From contig CAVSHB010000003.1 in NCBI GenBank assembly GCA_963727775.1, positions 1-64,000 of the forward strand: DNA of 64,000 nucleotides, in the 5' to 3' direction. The notes under the pieces were generated by a model that was not told the origin of the DNA, made no database searches, and saw only the letters and a program-made list of their open reading frames with translations. The translations under genes were made by a program, and so were the position numbers. Positions 1 through 9,444 of the stretch are shown in pieces (the first letter of the stretch is position 1; the number at the start of each line of letters is the position of its first letter). The DNA comes from an uncultured Nitrospiraceae bacterium. GTDB taxonomy: Bacteria; Nitrospirota; Thermodesulfovibrionia; Thermodesulfovibrionales; SM23-35.

Positions 1-1381
1 ATGATTATGCAGGACGAGGCAGTGAGGCATACAGCCCTGAGATGCTGGTGGCATTATTATTTTACGGATATGCGACGGGAGTCTTTTCGAGCAGGCAATT
101 AGAGCGTAGCACGTACGACTCTGTAGCATTCCGGTATGTGGCAGCCAACAGTCACCCTGACCATGACACAATAGCAACCTTTCGACGTCGGTTTTTGCCT
201 AAGCTGAAAGAACTGTTTGTGCAGATACTAATGATAGCAGCAGAAACCGGGGTATTGAAGTTAGGCACGGTCAGCTTGGATGGGACCAAAATGAAAGCCA
301 ATGCCTCAAAGCACAAGGCGTTGAGCTACGGGCATGCATGCAAAATAGAGAATAAGTTGAAAGTGGAAGTGGCGGAACTGATGAAGAAAGCTGAGGCTGC
401 TGACAAAGCTGACATTCCTGACGGCATGAACATCCCGGAAGAGCTGGAGCGGCGAGAGAAGCGGCTGAAAATGATAGCTGAAGCAAAAGCTGAGATAGAG
501 CGCCGTGCGGCAGAGCGGCATGCAATGGAACAAGCCGACAGTGAAAAGAAACAGGCAGAGCGTGTAGCCAAACAAAAGCAGAGCGGCAAGAAACCCCGAG
601 GCAAAGGACCCAAGCCGCCTGCAGCCGGGCCAACTGACAAAGATCAGGTCAATCTGACCGATGAAGAATCTCGCATAATGCCGGCATCGGGTGGAGGATT
701 CAAGCAGGCTTATAATGCTCAAGCAGCCGTGGATACAGAAACAATGCTTATTGTCGCAACGCATGTAACACAACAATCCAATGACAAACAGCAGATGAAA
801 CCAGCGCTTGAAGCGCTTACATATCTGCCCGAACAACTTGGCAAAGTAAAAACTATAATAGCCGACAGCGGGTATTACAGCGAAGCAAATGTGCAAGAAT
901 GTGAGAGCAAAGGAATAGAGCCATATATAGCAGTAGATCGGCAGAGTCATAATCAGCCTTTATGGGAGCGATTCGTCGAACCGCCTCCATTGCCGGTTGA
1001 TGCTGATGCAGTGACAAGAATGAAACATCGGTTGAAGACAGTTGCCGGTAAGGCAATTTATGCGATACGCAAGAGTACTGTGGAGCCGGCGTTTGGGGTA
1101 ATCAAGGCAGCTATGGGATTTGACCGATTCCTGTTGCGTGGTTTTACTGCAGTCAATGGCGAGTGGGATATGATCTGCATTGCATGGAACATCAAAAGGC
1201 TGCATGCATTGAGGAACAGCCAGGTAGGCGCCTGAAAATGGCGATGGCATAATGTATCCAACAAAACACCGGCAGGAAAGAACCGATGACAGACGATCAA
1301 ATCATGAAAAATAACTACAATCGACTCTCTCGGATTCCAACCGCTGTCAAAAACAGCAATTCAAGTCCGACAGACTCCTAG
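1..1381 (+). mobile_element. IS1182-family element, right part
   Basis: Transposase followed by the end sequence AAGTCCGACAGACTCCTAG (ends 1381), which resembles IS1182 right ends. Left end is outside the window. Confidence 0.75.
3..1235 (+). CDS. IS1182-family transposase (5' end cut by the window edge)
   Basis: Frame is open from position 3. Motifs SSRQLE, HPDHDTIATFRRR, LDGTKMKANAS, YNAQAAVD, ADSGY and RKSTVEPAFG are typical of IS1182 DDE transposases. Confidence 0.9.
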   Translation, partial: DYAGRGSEAYSPEMLVALLFYGYATGVFSSRQLERSTYDSVAFRYVAANSHPDHDTIATFRRRFLPKLKELFVQILMIAAETGVLKLGTVSLDGTKMKANASKHKALSYGHACKIENKLKVEVAELMKKAEAADKADIPDGMNIPEELERREKRLKMIAEAKAEIERRAAERHAMEQADSEKKQAERVAKQKQSGKKPRGKGPKPPAAGPTDKDQVNLTDEESRIMPASGGGFKQAYNAQAAVDTETMLIVATHVTQQSNDKQQMKPALEALTYLPEQLGKVKTIIADSGYYSEANVQECESKGIEPYIAVDRQSHNQPLWERFVEPPPLPVDADAVTRMKHRLKTVAGKAIYAIRKSTVEPAFGVIKAAMGFDRFLLRGFTAVNGEWDMICIAWNIKRLHALRNSQVGA

Positions 1382-1405
1382 AATAGGTATTGTTAGCTTT
1401 GAATA

Positions 1406-2070
1406 ATGAGAATGATTTCAACCATCTTTAGCAAATGGCATAACAAAGTCGGCGGTTATATCCGCAATCGCTACACGCACTTCAAGGATATCGGCGTGAA
1501 ACCACATTCTGCGGTTACAGTCATGGCAGTGGTGATGATTAATCTCATGCCATCTATTATTCTTGAAGGCGCAGCAGTTGAAAATAAATATTTTCAAATC
1601 TTCACACTCGCCTGTAAGACAGTTTATATTTTGTACACAATCCTAATATGTGGATACGCGTTCTATTGTTGGAAAGTTTTTCTGAGTTCAAGGCGAGAGG
1701 GCAATAACACAGATAAAACTTATTTTTTTCGGAATCAACTGGTTTCTATAGAAAAGTAATTTTTTATATCGCTTTAGCTATATGGCTCGTAATGGAAATA
1801 CGTGCTCACCTATATCCTGAAGATACCGGTTGGCAAATAAGTAAATTGCAGTATCAATTGCGCGTAGATTTTTATCGCTATGCTGGTATCACTGTATTGG
1901 AGAGTATTATGTTATCAATTTTACTTGTCGAACTATCAAGAATTATATTTCCTGGAACGCTCTCCTGGAGCAACGGAAAACATACTGCTGTTGTAATTTT
2001 GACTTCTTTTGCGATCTCAGCTGTTAGAGTAGCCGCTTTAAATTCCATAAGTGGTCACGGCATCATATGA
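1406..2070 (+). pseudogene. Orphan membrane protein apparently split by a frameshift in a T7 run (ORFs 1406-1759 and 1792-2070)
   Basis: The second frame opens just before the T-run at 1723-1729. One extra T fuses both hydrophobic ORFs. Confidence 0.45.
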
Positions 2071-2152
2071 CAAGACAAGAAAGCCTTCACAAAGACTGGC
2101 TCGCTGCTTCCTGTAGTCAACGCCCTTTAAACCTGCTAAAATAGACCACAGC

Positions 2153-2461
2153 ATGACTGATAATCAACACTTTTTAAAAGAGAATGAACTGAGCAGAGTT
2201 GGTAAATTTGCTACCGTTCTCATTATTATTTTCGCGATTATTGCCGTAATTTCGAATATATATCATGGCGATGTCAAAAGACCCGTAGCTTTTTGGATTG
2301 TGCTTTTGGGTCTTGTGTTATTCACTTTTGCAAAGTTGTCAGTAATCCTCCACAAAAGATTAGTCAGCTTTGGTTCAAGCTTTATGACAGAAAATATGGC
2401 CAATGTCTACCGATTGGGATACTGGTTGATGATCGTTGGAATTCTCTTCACTTTTATTTAG
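2153..2461 (+). CDS. Small hypothetical membrane protein (~3 TM)
   Basis: 102 aa with three hydrophobic segments. Confidence 0.6.
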   Translation: MTDNQHFLKENELSRVGKFATVLIIIFAIIAVISNIYHGDVKRPVAFWIVLLGLVLFTFAKLSVILHKRLVSFGSSFMTENMANVYRLGYWLMIVGILFTFI

Positions 2462-2581
2462 GGAGAATACACCATGCGGCCTTCTTCCTACAACAAACGT
2501 CCCAATGGTCTGGTATAATTGTGATCAGTACAAAGGATAATCTGTATAATGGCGATGTAATTAGGCAGAAAGGAGATCGCA

Positions 2582-2995
2582 ATGAATACACCCTCCGATA
2601 AGACCGATTATCACAAAGAGGACGTGTATGGTGAGTCATACACCAGGTATGAGAAGATGCTACGAACATGGTTTGTTGCCTATGGCATTGGTGGACCGGT
2701 CCTCTTTATGACTCAGGATAGTTTAAGAGAAGCCTTATCTGCTTCACCAGACGCTAAGCTAATCGTATATTGCTTTCTTGCAGGCCTGTTATTTCAGGTA
2801 ATTGAAAACTTTTTGTACAAGGTGTGCATGTGGTATCTTTATCGTGAGTCAGCAAATGAGAATAACTGTCACTGCATGTATACCTTTTCTAATTGGGTTG
2901 AGAATCACAATTCGATCGACATAATTCTTGATTTACTTACAATCGGGCTGTTTTCATACGCAACGTGGAAGGCGCTTCCGCTTCTTATAAACTAA
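2582..2995 (+). CDS. Hypothetical membrane protein
   Basis: 137 aa, AAGGAG RBS, hydrophobic segments. Confidence 0.65.
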   Translation: MNTPSDKTDYHKEDVYGESYTRYEKMLRTWFVAYGIGGPVLFMTQDSLREALSASPDAKLIVYCFLAGLLFQVIENFLYKVCMWYLYRESANENNCHCMYTFSNWVENHNSIDIILDLLTIGLFSYATWKALPLLIN

Positions 2996-3420
2996 TTCTT
3001 ATTACTATCAAAGCACTTTAACGATACGCCTAACCTTTGAAACACTGTAAAAGGGCTCCGAGACCGTGCTTTGTGGTGACTGCTTTTTTCTTTCGGAAAT
3101 CCGCGACAGTTTCTATACGCCATACCTGTGATTTTGTTATCCGCAAAAAGACTGAGTTTTTTCGTAGAGGCTTCGTATTGATTGAACCTGCGTCTTGGTA
3201 TCCCCCGTTAGATAACCTTCACTTAAAAGCATACCACCTTCTTAAGCTTTTTGAAGTGGCATATTGAGGGCATAAATGGCGAGCGGTAGAGCGTGAGGAA
3301 ACGAAAAAGCTTATTAATGGCGGAGCCCTATCGAATATAGCTTAGCGTTGTGGAGAGCCTCCCCTGCTTTGTCATCTTTTTGCAAAAAGTGCGGGGAGAG
3401 GCTTTAACGACACTGCCAAT

Positions 3421-3913
3421 CTACTCACCGGCTTTTTGCAAAAGCTTTTTATATAGAGGATGGCTTATTCTGAACCCATATCCGACTGCCTTGTCGAGGT
3501 ATGGGGTGACATTAGGGATAAGTCCCATTCCTTTCAGGTCCAATAGTATCCCGATAGTCCCTGTAACAAGCAGCTTTAAAGATTGCGCCATGAGTCTTGC
3601 TTTGCTGTCATCCAGCAAAATAATATCAGCCGACATTTCGGACGCAAGCACAATGGACTCTGCTTCTCCATTTCCGAAAGACTCAGTGAGTGCGGAAACT
3701 GCAAGGGTATTGCTGATTCTTTTCTTTTCAATAAATCCCATCTTTAATCCGCTTAGAAGTTCATTGGCGCCCGGGTCTACCTTTGCCGTTTTCTACTACT
3801 TCTTTGAATACAGCTTCAGGAATGAATAATTTTCTATACAAGGCGGGGAAATGATGGAAAAGCTTAAGTCTGGCAATGGTGATAACAGGGCCTGCATTGG
3901 ATACAACGACCAA
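3421..3913 (-). pseudogene. DUF3368 (PIN-like) toxin with a 1-bp frameshift near 3770
   Basis: TTG at 3913 gives VVSNAGPVITIARL...IPEAVFKEV...GRPG, then a stop. The other frame continues to GNGEAESIVLA...LLDDSKAR...GTIGIL. Span is 493 nt (3n+1). Confidence 0.75.
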
Positions 3914-4179
3914 TTTCTGCGTTTTCCCTGCCGCAGTCTTTTTATTGTTGCTAAATCTGACTGGAAGTCCTCTTGGGTGTATTCGACCTGCGGTATTCTT
4001 AAAGACTCTAATAAATCCATAAACCGGGCAACGCTCATGTCTGCAAGTTTCGCAGCTTTGCCTATTGAGACAAGTTTTCTCTGGAAAAGCAAAAGGGCAA
4101 CGGATTCTTTGACCACATGGTCTGGGTCAGTAAGCCCGACAGACTTCATGCTTCTTAGAAGGGTATTTTCGAGTTTCAT
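3796..4179 (-). CDS. UPF0175-family antitoxin (C-terminus probably extended)
   Basis: ALLLFQRKLVSIGKAAKLADMS...FMDLL...YTQEDFQSDL motif, directly upstream of DUF3368. Confidence 0.8.
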   Translation of the reverse strand: MKLENTLLRSMKSVGLTDPDHVVKESVALLLFQRKLVSIGKAAKLADMSVARFMDLLESLRIPQVEYTQEDFQSDLATIKRLRQGKRRNWSLYPMQALLSPLPDLSFSIISPPCIENYSFLKLYSKK

Positions 4180-4466
4180 GAATACATTTTAAGGCTGCTC
4201 GGCAGCAATGTCAACTTATTGTCCCACTTCCGGCTTGAGATTCAATGAAAATTAGCTTTATAATCAATAATAATGAAGGCGGATCTGTCTGGGTGAGTGT
4301 ATGTCAAGTTGTATGTCCTCCTTTCGGCACCATCAAAATATTCAATGAACAATAGCCACTAAGACAAGCCCCGCATTTTGCTGACATAATGAACCCGAAA
4401 GAATTCACTTTTCAAGCATGGTTAGATCATATTAAAATAGACTAAAGCGGAGCGTAGAGAGGATAC

Positions 4467-5057
4467 ATGAGTGATACAAAGAAATGTGATTATTGCGGAA
4501 AAGACATAAATGTAAAATATTTTATATGTCCTTTATGCGGCGCACATCTCCCTGATAAAGTTGAACTTTTGCCTCTAACATGTCCGCGCTGCAAGATGCA
4601 TTTGACTGTCCATACCGCAGGCGGTGAAGAATATAATATATGTCACTCATGCAATGGTTTGTGGGTCGACAAAGACGAATTCCACCTTCTCACCAGAGAA
4701 TCCGACGTTTATAAAAAAGAGGACTTTAAAGATACTTATTCCCGTGGTCCGTCAGTAGATACTGTATCATACATACCCTGTGTTCGCTGCGGAAACTTGA
4801 TGAACAGAAAGAATTTTGCACAAATCTCAGGAGTAATTATTGATGAGTGCGGCAGACACGGTGTGTGGCTTGATGCAGGTGAGCTTGAAAAGATCAGGCA
4901 TTTTATCGCGGACGGCGGCCTTGAAAAGTCTCAGGACATCAGGATTGAAATGACCAGGAATGAACTGAAAGAACTTGAGACAAAGGTCGTCCAGACCGCC
5001 TTTTCTCATAAGATAATACATTTCTGGAATTTTAAGAGATGGCTTTTCGGGGGGTAG
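4467..5057 (+). CDS. Zinc-ribbon (zf-TFIIB-like) domain protein
   Basis: Several CxxC pairs, CPRC...CHSCNGLWVD, and IDECGRHGVWLDAGEL. Confidence 0.75.
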   Translation: MSDTKKCDYCGKDINVKYFICPLCGAHLPDKVELLPLTCPRCKMHLTVHTAGGEEYNICHSCNGLWVDKDEFHLLTRESDVYKKEDFKDTYSRGPSVDTVSYIPCVRCGNLMNRKNFAQISGVIIDECGRHGVWLDAGELEKIRHFIADGGLEKSQDIRIEMTRNELKELETKVVQTAFSHKIIHFWNFKRWLFGG

Positions 5058-5099
5058 AAAACTTACTATGCATATTGACAAGTAATTTGTCTTATTGAA

Positions 5100-5441
5100 C
5101 TATCCCGGCGGCCAGTGCATGAAACGACCGCCCAGGATATGAAGATGTATATGAAATACTGTCTGTCCTGATTCAGGGTTACAGTTCATAACAAGCCTGA
5201 ACCCGCGCTCTGCAATTCCCTTATCCCTTGCAATCTTATTCGCTATCTGAAACATACGGGCAACAAGTGCATTGTCCCCTTCTTCTATCTCAAGGCTTGT
5301 TGAGATATGTTTCTTAGGCACTACTAATGCATGTACGGGGGACTGAGGATTGATGTCCTCAAAAGCCAATGCATATTCATCTTCGTATATTATTTTGGCA
5401 GACCTTTTTTTTTCTATAATCTCACAAAATATACACCCCAT
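5100..5441 (-). CDS. hinT: HIT-family nucleotide hydrolase
   Basis: CIFC start, HIHLHILGG triad, WPPG end. Confidence 0.92.
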   Translation of the reverse strand: MGCIFCEIIEKKRSAKIIYEDEYALAFEDINPQSPVHALVVPKKHISTSLEIEEGDNALVARMFQIANKIARDKGIAERGFRLVMNCNPESGQTVFHIHLHILGGRFMHWPPG

Positions 5442-5567
5442 AAGAATTCAGCGCCTCCCGATCGATTTTATTAATTATAGCACCAAGATAAAAATGTTGC
5501 AGGATGGATTTTTTGCCGGCTTCAGAGGGAGATACTAAAAAAAATTCGGATTACTCTATTTTTTATA

Positions 5568-5597
5568 TTGACGAATGGATTAAAAAAAATGTATAAA
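5568..5597 (+). promoter_or_regulatory. Putative sigma70 promoter upstream of the tusA leader
   Basis: TTGACG-N18-TATAAA. Confidence 0.45.
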
Positions 5598-5648
5598 ATC
5601 TATATAGTCATTTAAGCAATTGCGAAATTATAAACTATTCAGTAAAAT

Positions 5649-5761
5649 TGCCGACAGATACAGTATTTAAGCGGGTTTAAATTCTTTCGAAGAAAGAATT
5701 TTCCTCGGAGGCCCGATTCGTACCGGGCCGAGAATGAGCGCAAATACTGTATTTGTCGGCA
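5649..5761 (+). ncRNA. Candidate structured leader RNA or miniature inverted-repeat element
   Basis: 20-bp closing stem (5649-5668 with 5742-5761, one G-U pair) enclosing two hairpins. Confidence 0.45.
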
Positions 5762-5826
5762 CCAGCAAATTTTATGAATTACGTGGGTTAGTTTTACTTC
5801 TTTATAAAATAAAGGGGAGGATAATA

Positions 5827-6075
5827 ATGGCTGATTTAAAATCAATACCGCCGACTGAAACCCTTGATGTCCTTGGAAGAGCATGCCCTTATCCGATTGT
5901 CCTCATAAAAAAGGAAATGGAAAAAATACCGGCTGGAGCGGTATTGAAGATACTCTGCGATTCATCGACAACCGTCGAGGAAGTTATCCCCAGGTATTGC
6001 GAAAAACACGGCTATCAGTTCGAATCGGTAATGCTTAATGAGGGATCATGGGAATTTTATATTTTGAAGGCCTAA
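5827..6075 (+). CDS. tusA: TusA-family sulfur carrier protein
   Basis: LDVLGRACPYP motif. GGAGG RBS supports the start at 5827. Confidence 0.88.
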   Translation: MADLKSIPPTETLDVLGRACPYPIVLIKKEMEKIPAGAVLKILCDSSTTVEEVIPRYCEKHGYQFESVMLNEGSWEFYILKA

Positions 6076-6686
6076 TTTATCCTCTTTCGAACATCCCTTA
6101 TGAACCAGATTACAAAACCCGATAGTAGAACACCGACTGCTACATACGGCTCATACTTCTTAATATCTCCAAGGATATTTTTGAGCGTCGCTCCGAAGAA
6201 ATAACCTGAATAGGTACATATTATTGCCCAGACAACACAGCTTATAAGCTGCCAGGTAAAATACTTTGCCGTACCCATACGCGAAAGTCCAAGGACTGCC
6301 GCGCTAAGCAGCCTGAACCCGTAAAGCCATTGACTTATAAAAATGGAGGCTGTACCGTATTTCACCATCAGGGATTCAAGCTTCAGCAGATCGACCTTTA
6401 CAAATCTGTGGACAAAACTCAGGAACGCTTCCCTTTTATGCAAGGCAATTAAAAAAAAAGTGCCATGACCAACATATGAAGCTGTAGCAGATACAAGCAC
6501 GACAACGACCGAATCAAGATAGCCGTTAAAGGCAAGGAACCCCGCAGCTATAAGTACACTTTCACCTTCAAAAAAAGTTAATACAAATATAGAGATGTAG
6601 CCGTAGCGTGAAATTAACTCTTCCAGAGACCCCCCCGACCTCACGGATAGAAAAAGCGCCGAACGATCTTTTCGTTTCTCAAGCAA
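6072..6686 (-). CDS. DedA-family membrane protein (true start probably later than 6686)
   Basis: YGY...FFEGESVLIAAGFLA, F(I)SQWLYGFR, GYFFG. Confidence 0.85.
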   Translation of the reverse strand: MLEKRKDRSALFLSVRSGGSLEELISRYGYISIFVLTFFEGESVLIAAGFLAFNGYLDSVVVVLVSATASYVGHGTFFLIALHKREAFLSFVHRFVKVDLLKLESLMVKYGTASIFISQWLYGFRLLSAAVLGLSRMGTAKYFTWQLISCVVWAIICTYSGYFFGATLKNILGDIKKYEPYVAVGVLLSGFVIWFIRDVRKRIN

Positions 6687-6719
6687 AAAAGGGATGCCGG
6701 AAATCCGGCATCCCTTTTT
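6685..6719. terminator. Intrinsic terminator (bidirectional type) after ferredoxin/dsrMKJOP
   Basis: A6-GGGATGCCGG-AAAT-CCGGCATCCC-T5. Confidence 0.85.
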
Positions 6720-6752
6720 ATTGTATCACACCATATCTTACTTAGTGATATT

Positions 6753-6941
6753 TTACTGCTCTTTTAGACTAACAGCGCCGGTTGAACACACGCTCACGCA
6801 TGTTTCACATCCTTCGCATGCATCCGCCTGATAAGGATCTGCCTTACCGTCTGCCATCTGAAAAACACTGACAGGACAATTGTTGACGCACTCTTCACAA
6901 CCCTCGCACTTGCTCTTATCAACGACTGGAACCACACCCAC
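6753..6941 (-). CDS. 2[4Fe-4S] ferredoxin
   Basis: Two CxxCxxCxxxC motifs in 62 aa, GGAGG RBS. Confidence 0.92.
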   Translation of the reverse strand: MGVVPVVDKSKCEGCEECVNNCPVSVFQMADGKADPYQADACEGCETCVSVCSTGAVSLKEQ

Positions 6942-7051
6942 TTCTCTTCACCTCCTTGATTTGACTAGACCGATATCGGTCACTATGTTTAATTTATAAT
7001 TATTTCTTTAAAAAAATCTACCGCCCCTCTTTTCTAAAGAGACGATATATC

Positions 7052-8242
7052 TTATTCGGTCTTAATCTGTCTTTCACCATATTTGTCAAAGACTACTTCT
7101 TCTTTAACCGTAACGGCTATTTTGTAAAGTACGGTCAAAACCAAGAATCCGATTGCCCACACCGCGAGCGTGATTAATGCTTCAGGCAATGTAGGGAAGT
7201 ATTCTGTTACCCTTTCGAACGGATTCGGGACAAAGCCTCCGACAACCAAACCAAAGCCCTTATCAATCCATAAAGATATAAATACGGAAATGGCAGCAAG
7301 CGATAGTAACTTCTCATTCTTCCTGATCTGTGGGAAAATCAACAAGACCATCGCCACCACTGCAAGGACTGTGGAGAGCCACATTAAGGGGACGAGCTTC
7401 GCATGCCCTTCTATGCCGCTATAAAGATATATGAAGGATCCCATATGGCCTGGGATTTGGCTGTAGAATGCCGTGAAGAATTCGAGACCCAGAAAGAAAA
7501 CGTTGATAAACATGCAGTAAGTAACAATCTTGCCCAATGACTGGATGGCTTCCTTACCCGGATCGAACTTTGTATATTTTCTGACAATCAAAGCCAATAA
7601 AATGAGAAGCGAGGGACCGCCTGCAAAGGCCGATGCCAGGAATCGGGCTGCCATGATTGCAGAGAGCCAGAAATGTCTTCCCGGTAAGCCTGCATACAAG
7701 AAAGCTGTCACAGTATGAATAGAAGGAGCCCATGCAATCGAAAGGTATACGAGAGGTTTTACCCACTTAGGAGGGGGAACTTCCTTGCGCTCGCAGCCCA
7801 ATACCGTCCATCCTACCAGTACATTAAGCACTAGATAACCGGCTAAAACACACATATCAAAAAACATAACAGAGTTCGGGGTCGGATGGAGTATAACATT
7901 GAGCACACGGAGAGGCTGCCCCATATCTACAAAGATAAACAGCATACACATTACAACTGCGGCAATAGCAAGGAATTCACCTAAAATTGTAAGTCTGCCG
8001 AATTTCTTGTAATTATGGAGGTAATAAGGCAGAACGACCATGACCCCGGAGGCTGCAACGCCGACGAGGAATGTAAATTGACCGATATAGAGGCCCCACG
8101 AGACATCCCTGCTCATACCTGTTATTCCGAGTCCGGTCTTGTACTGATAAATGTAAGAGATAAACCCTACGCCGATGACGGCAAGCAAACAGCATATCCA
8201 CAGCCAGTATCTTCGACTTCCGTATATCGCCTTTTCAAGCAT
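7052..8242 (-). CDS. dsrP: DsrP (NrfD/PsrC-family membrane subunit)
   Basis: GLGITGMSRDVSWGLYI, SIHTVTAFLY, last gene of dsrMKJOP. Confidence 0.93.
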   Translation of the reverse strand: MLEKAIYGSRRYWLWICCLLAVIGVGFISYIYQYKTGLGITGMSRDVSWGLYIGQFTFLVGVAASGVMVVLPYYLHNYKKFGRLTILGEFLAIAAVVMCMLFIFVDMGQPLRVLNVILHPTPNSVMFFDMCVLAGYLVLNVLVGWTVLGCERKEVPPPKWVKPLVYLSIAWAPSIHTVTAFLYAGLPGRHFWLSAIMAARFLASAFAGGPSLLILLALIVRKYTKFDPGKEAIQSLGKIVTYCMFINVFFLGLEFFTAFYSQIPGHMGSFIYLYSGIEGHAKLVPLMWLSTVLAVVAMVLLIFPQIRKNEKLLSLAAISVFISLWIDKGFGLVVGGFVPNPFERVTEYFPTLPEALITLAVWAIGFLVLTVLYKIAVTVKEEVVFDKYGERQIKTE

Positions 8243-8251
8243 TATTACCTC

Positions 8252-9046
8252 CTAAAATATGTAGTAAACACTGGGCTGCGTCCCGAGCTCAGGTTTACGT
8301 CTAAAGCTGTAGCGTGACCCGAGAATCTTCCTGACTTCAGAATCCGGATCTTCCAGGTCTCCGAAGATCAACGCGCCTTTGGATGCCTCCACACATGCAG
8401 GCTGGAGACCTTTTGCAAGCCGTTCATAGCAAAACGTGCACTTTTCCACGACACCTTTAGTCCTTGTAGGAAATTCAGGATTCGGATAGTTGTCCTCTAC
8501 CTTATTGATAGAGGGTCTCGGATCTCTAAAATTGAAACTCCTCGCCCCGTAAGGACAAGCCGCCATACAGAATCTGCATCCGATACAGCGGTGCATATCC
8601 ATCATAACAATCCCGTCACTTTTTCTTTTGAAAGTTGCTTTCGTAGGACAAACCCTTACGCAGGGTGGATTTTCGCAGTGATTGCAGAGAACAAGGAACG
8701 GAAGATCTTTTATTCCCTCTGCAAGATACGGGTCTTCATTCCCCGGGAAAGCGTGCTCGAAAGTCTCTTTCCATATCCATTTCACTTCTTCCTTCGTATT
8801 GCCGATATTGGGAACATTGTGGACGCGATGGCATGCATCTGTGCACCTTTTATAGTCATCTTCGGTTTTGAACTTGCTCATATCAACGACCATGCCCCAC
8901 CTTTTTGCCTTTAAGGCCTCAGGATTCGGCATGATCTGTGAAGCCTCGACACGATTCCTCAAGGCGTGGACAGCGGTAACGCCTCCCAGTCCCAATAGGG
9001 TAGTGACTCCGGTCATCTTCAAAAATTCTCTTCTATTCATGCTCAT
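8252..9046 (-). CDS. dsrO: DsrO, Tat-exported Fe-S protein
   Basis: NRREFLK Tat motif at ATG 9046 (ATGA overlap with dsrJ), CNHCENPPCVRVCP, CIGCRFCMAACP. Confidence 0.93.
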   Translation of the reverse strand: MSMNRREFLKMTGVTTLLGLGGVTAVHALRNRVEASQIMPNPEALKAKRWGMVVDMSKFKTEDDYKRCTDACHRVHNVPNIGNTKEEVKWIWKETFEHAFPGNEDPYLAEGIKDLPFLVLCNHCENPPCVRVCPTKATFKRKSDGIVMMDMHRCIGCRFCMAACPYGARSFNFRDPRPSINKVEDNYPNPEFPTRTKGVVEKCTFCYERLAKGLQPACVEASKGALIFGDLEDPDSEVRKILGSRYSFRRKPELGTQPSVYYIF

Positions 9047-9444
9047 GTCCTCTCCTTCGGCGCTATATGGCAATCCCAGCAGTAAGGTGTCACTGCTGCA
9101 TAATTGTGGCATTCATCACAAAATTTCTTCTTGTTGGAATGGCATTTCATACAGGTATTCTGAAGGCTCATTGTAAATCTTTTCCCATCAGCGTTTACAT
9201 AAACCCCATTGCCGTCACGCACAACCAAGTCCCTCCATTCATTCAACAATTTCATATGCTCTTTTGTCATGAATTCCTTGGATTCTACACATTTCCTCTC
9301 ACCTGCCGGCATCTTTAGAATTTCAGGAGTGTCAATTTTCGGGTCCGGCTTGGCAGTGGCTTTTCCCCCGCTATAAAGGATGGGAAATGTCACTAACCCA
9401 ATGAATATGATAAGCCCAATGATTATCTTTCCACCGTTATACAT
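9043..9444 (-). CDS. dsrJ: DsrJ triheme cytochrome c
   Basis: CMKCH, CDECH, CWDCH and HMKLLNEWRD. Confidence 0.93.
   Translation of the reverse strand: MYNGGKIIIGLIIFIGLVTFPILYSGGKATAKPDPKIDTPEILKMPAGERKCVESKEFMTKEHMKLLNEWRDLVVRDGNGVYVNADGKRFTMSLQNTCMKCHSNKKKFCDECHNYAAVTPYCWDCHIAPKERT

Noticed and set aside
3037..3350. ORF 3037-3267 and a minus-strand RBS+ATG near 3232
   Set aside because: No recognisable motifs, and the minus frame has internal stops. Unassignable remnant.
8252..9046. DsrO missing Cys ligands of one Fe-S cluster (KFKTEDDYKRC, ACVEAS)
   Set aside because: As I recall, three-cluster DsrO is already known in sulfate reducers, so this is not novel
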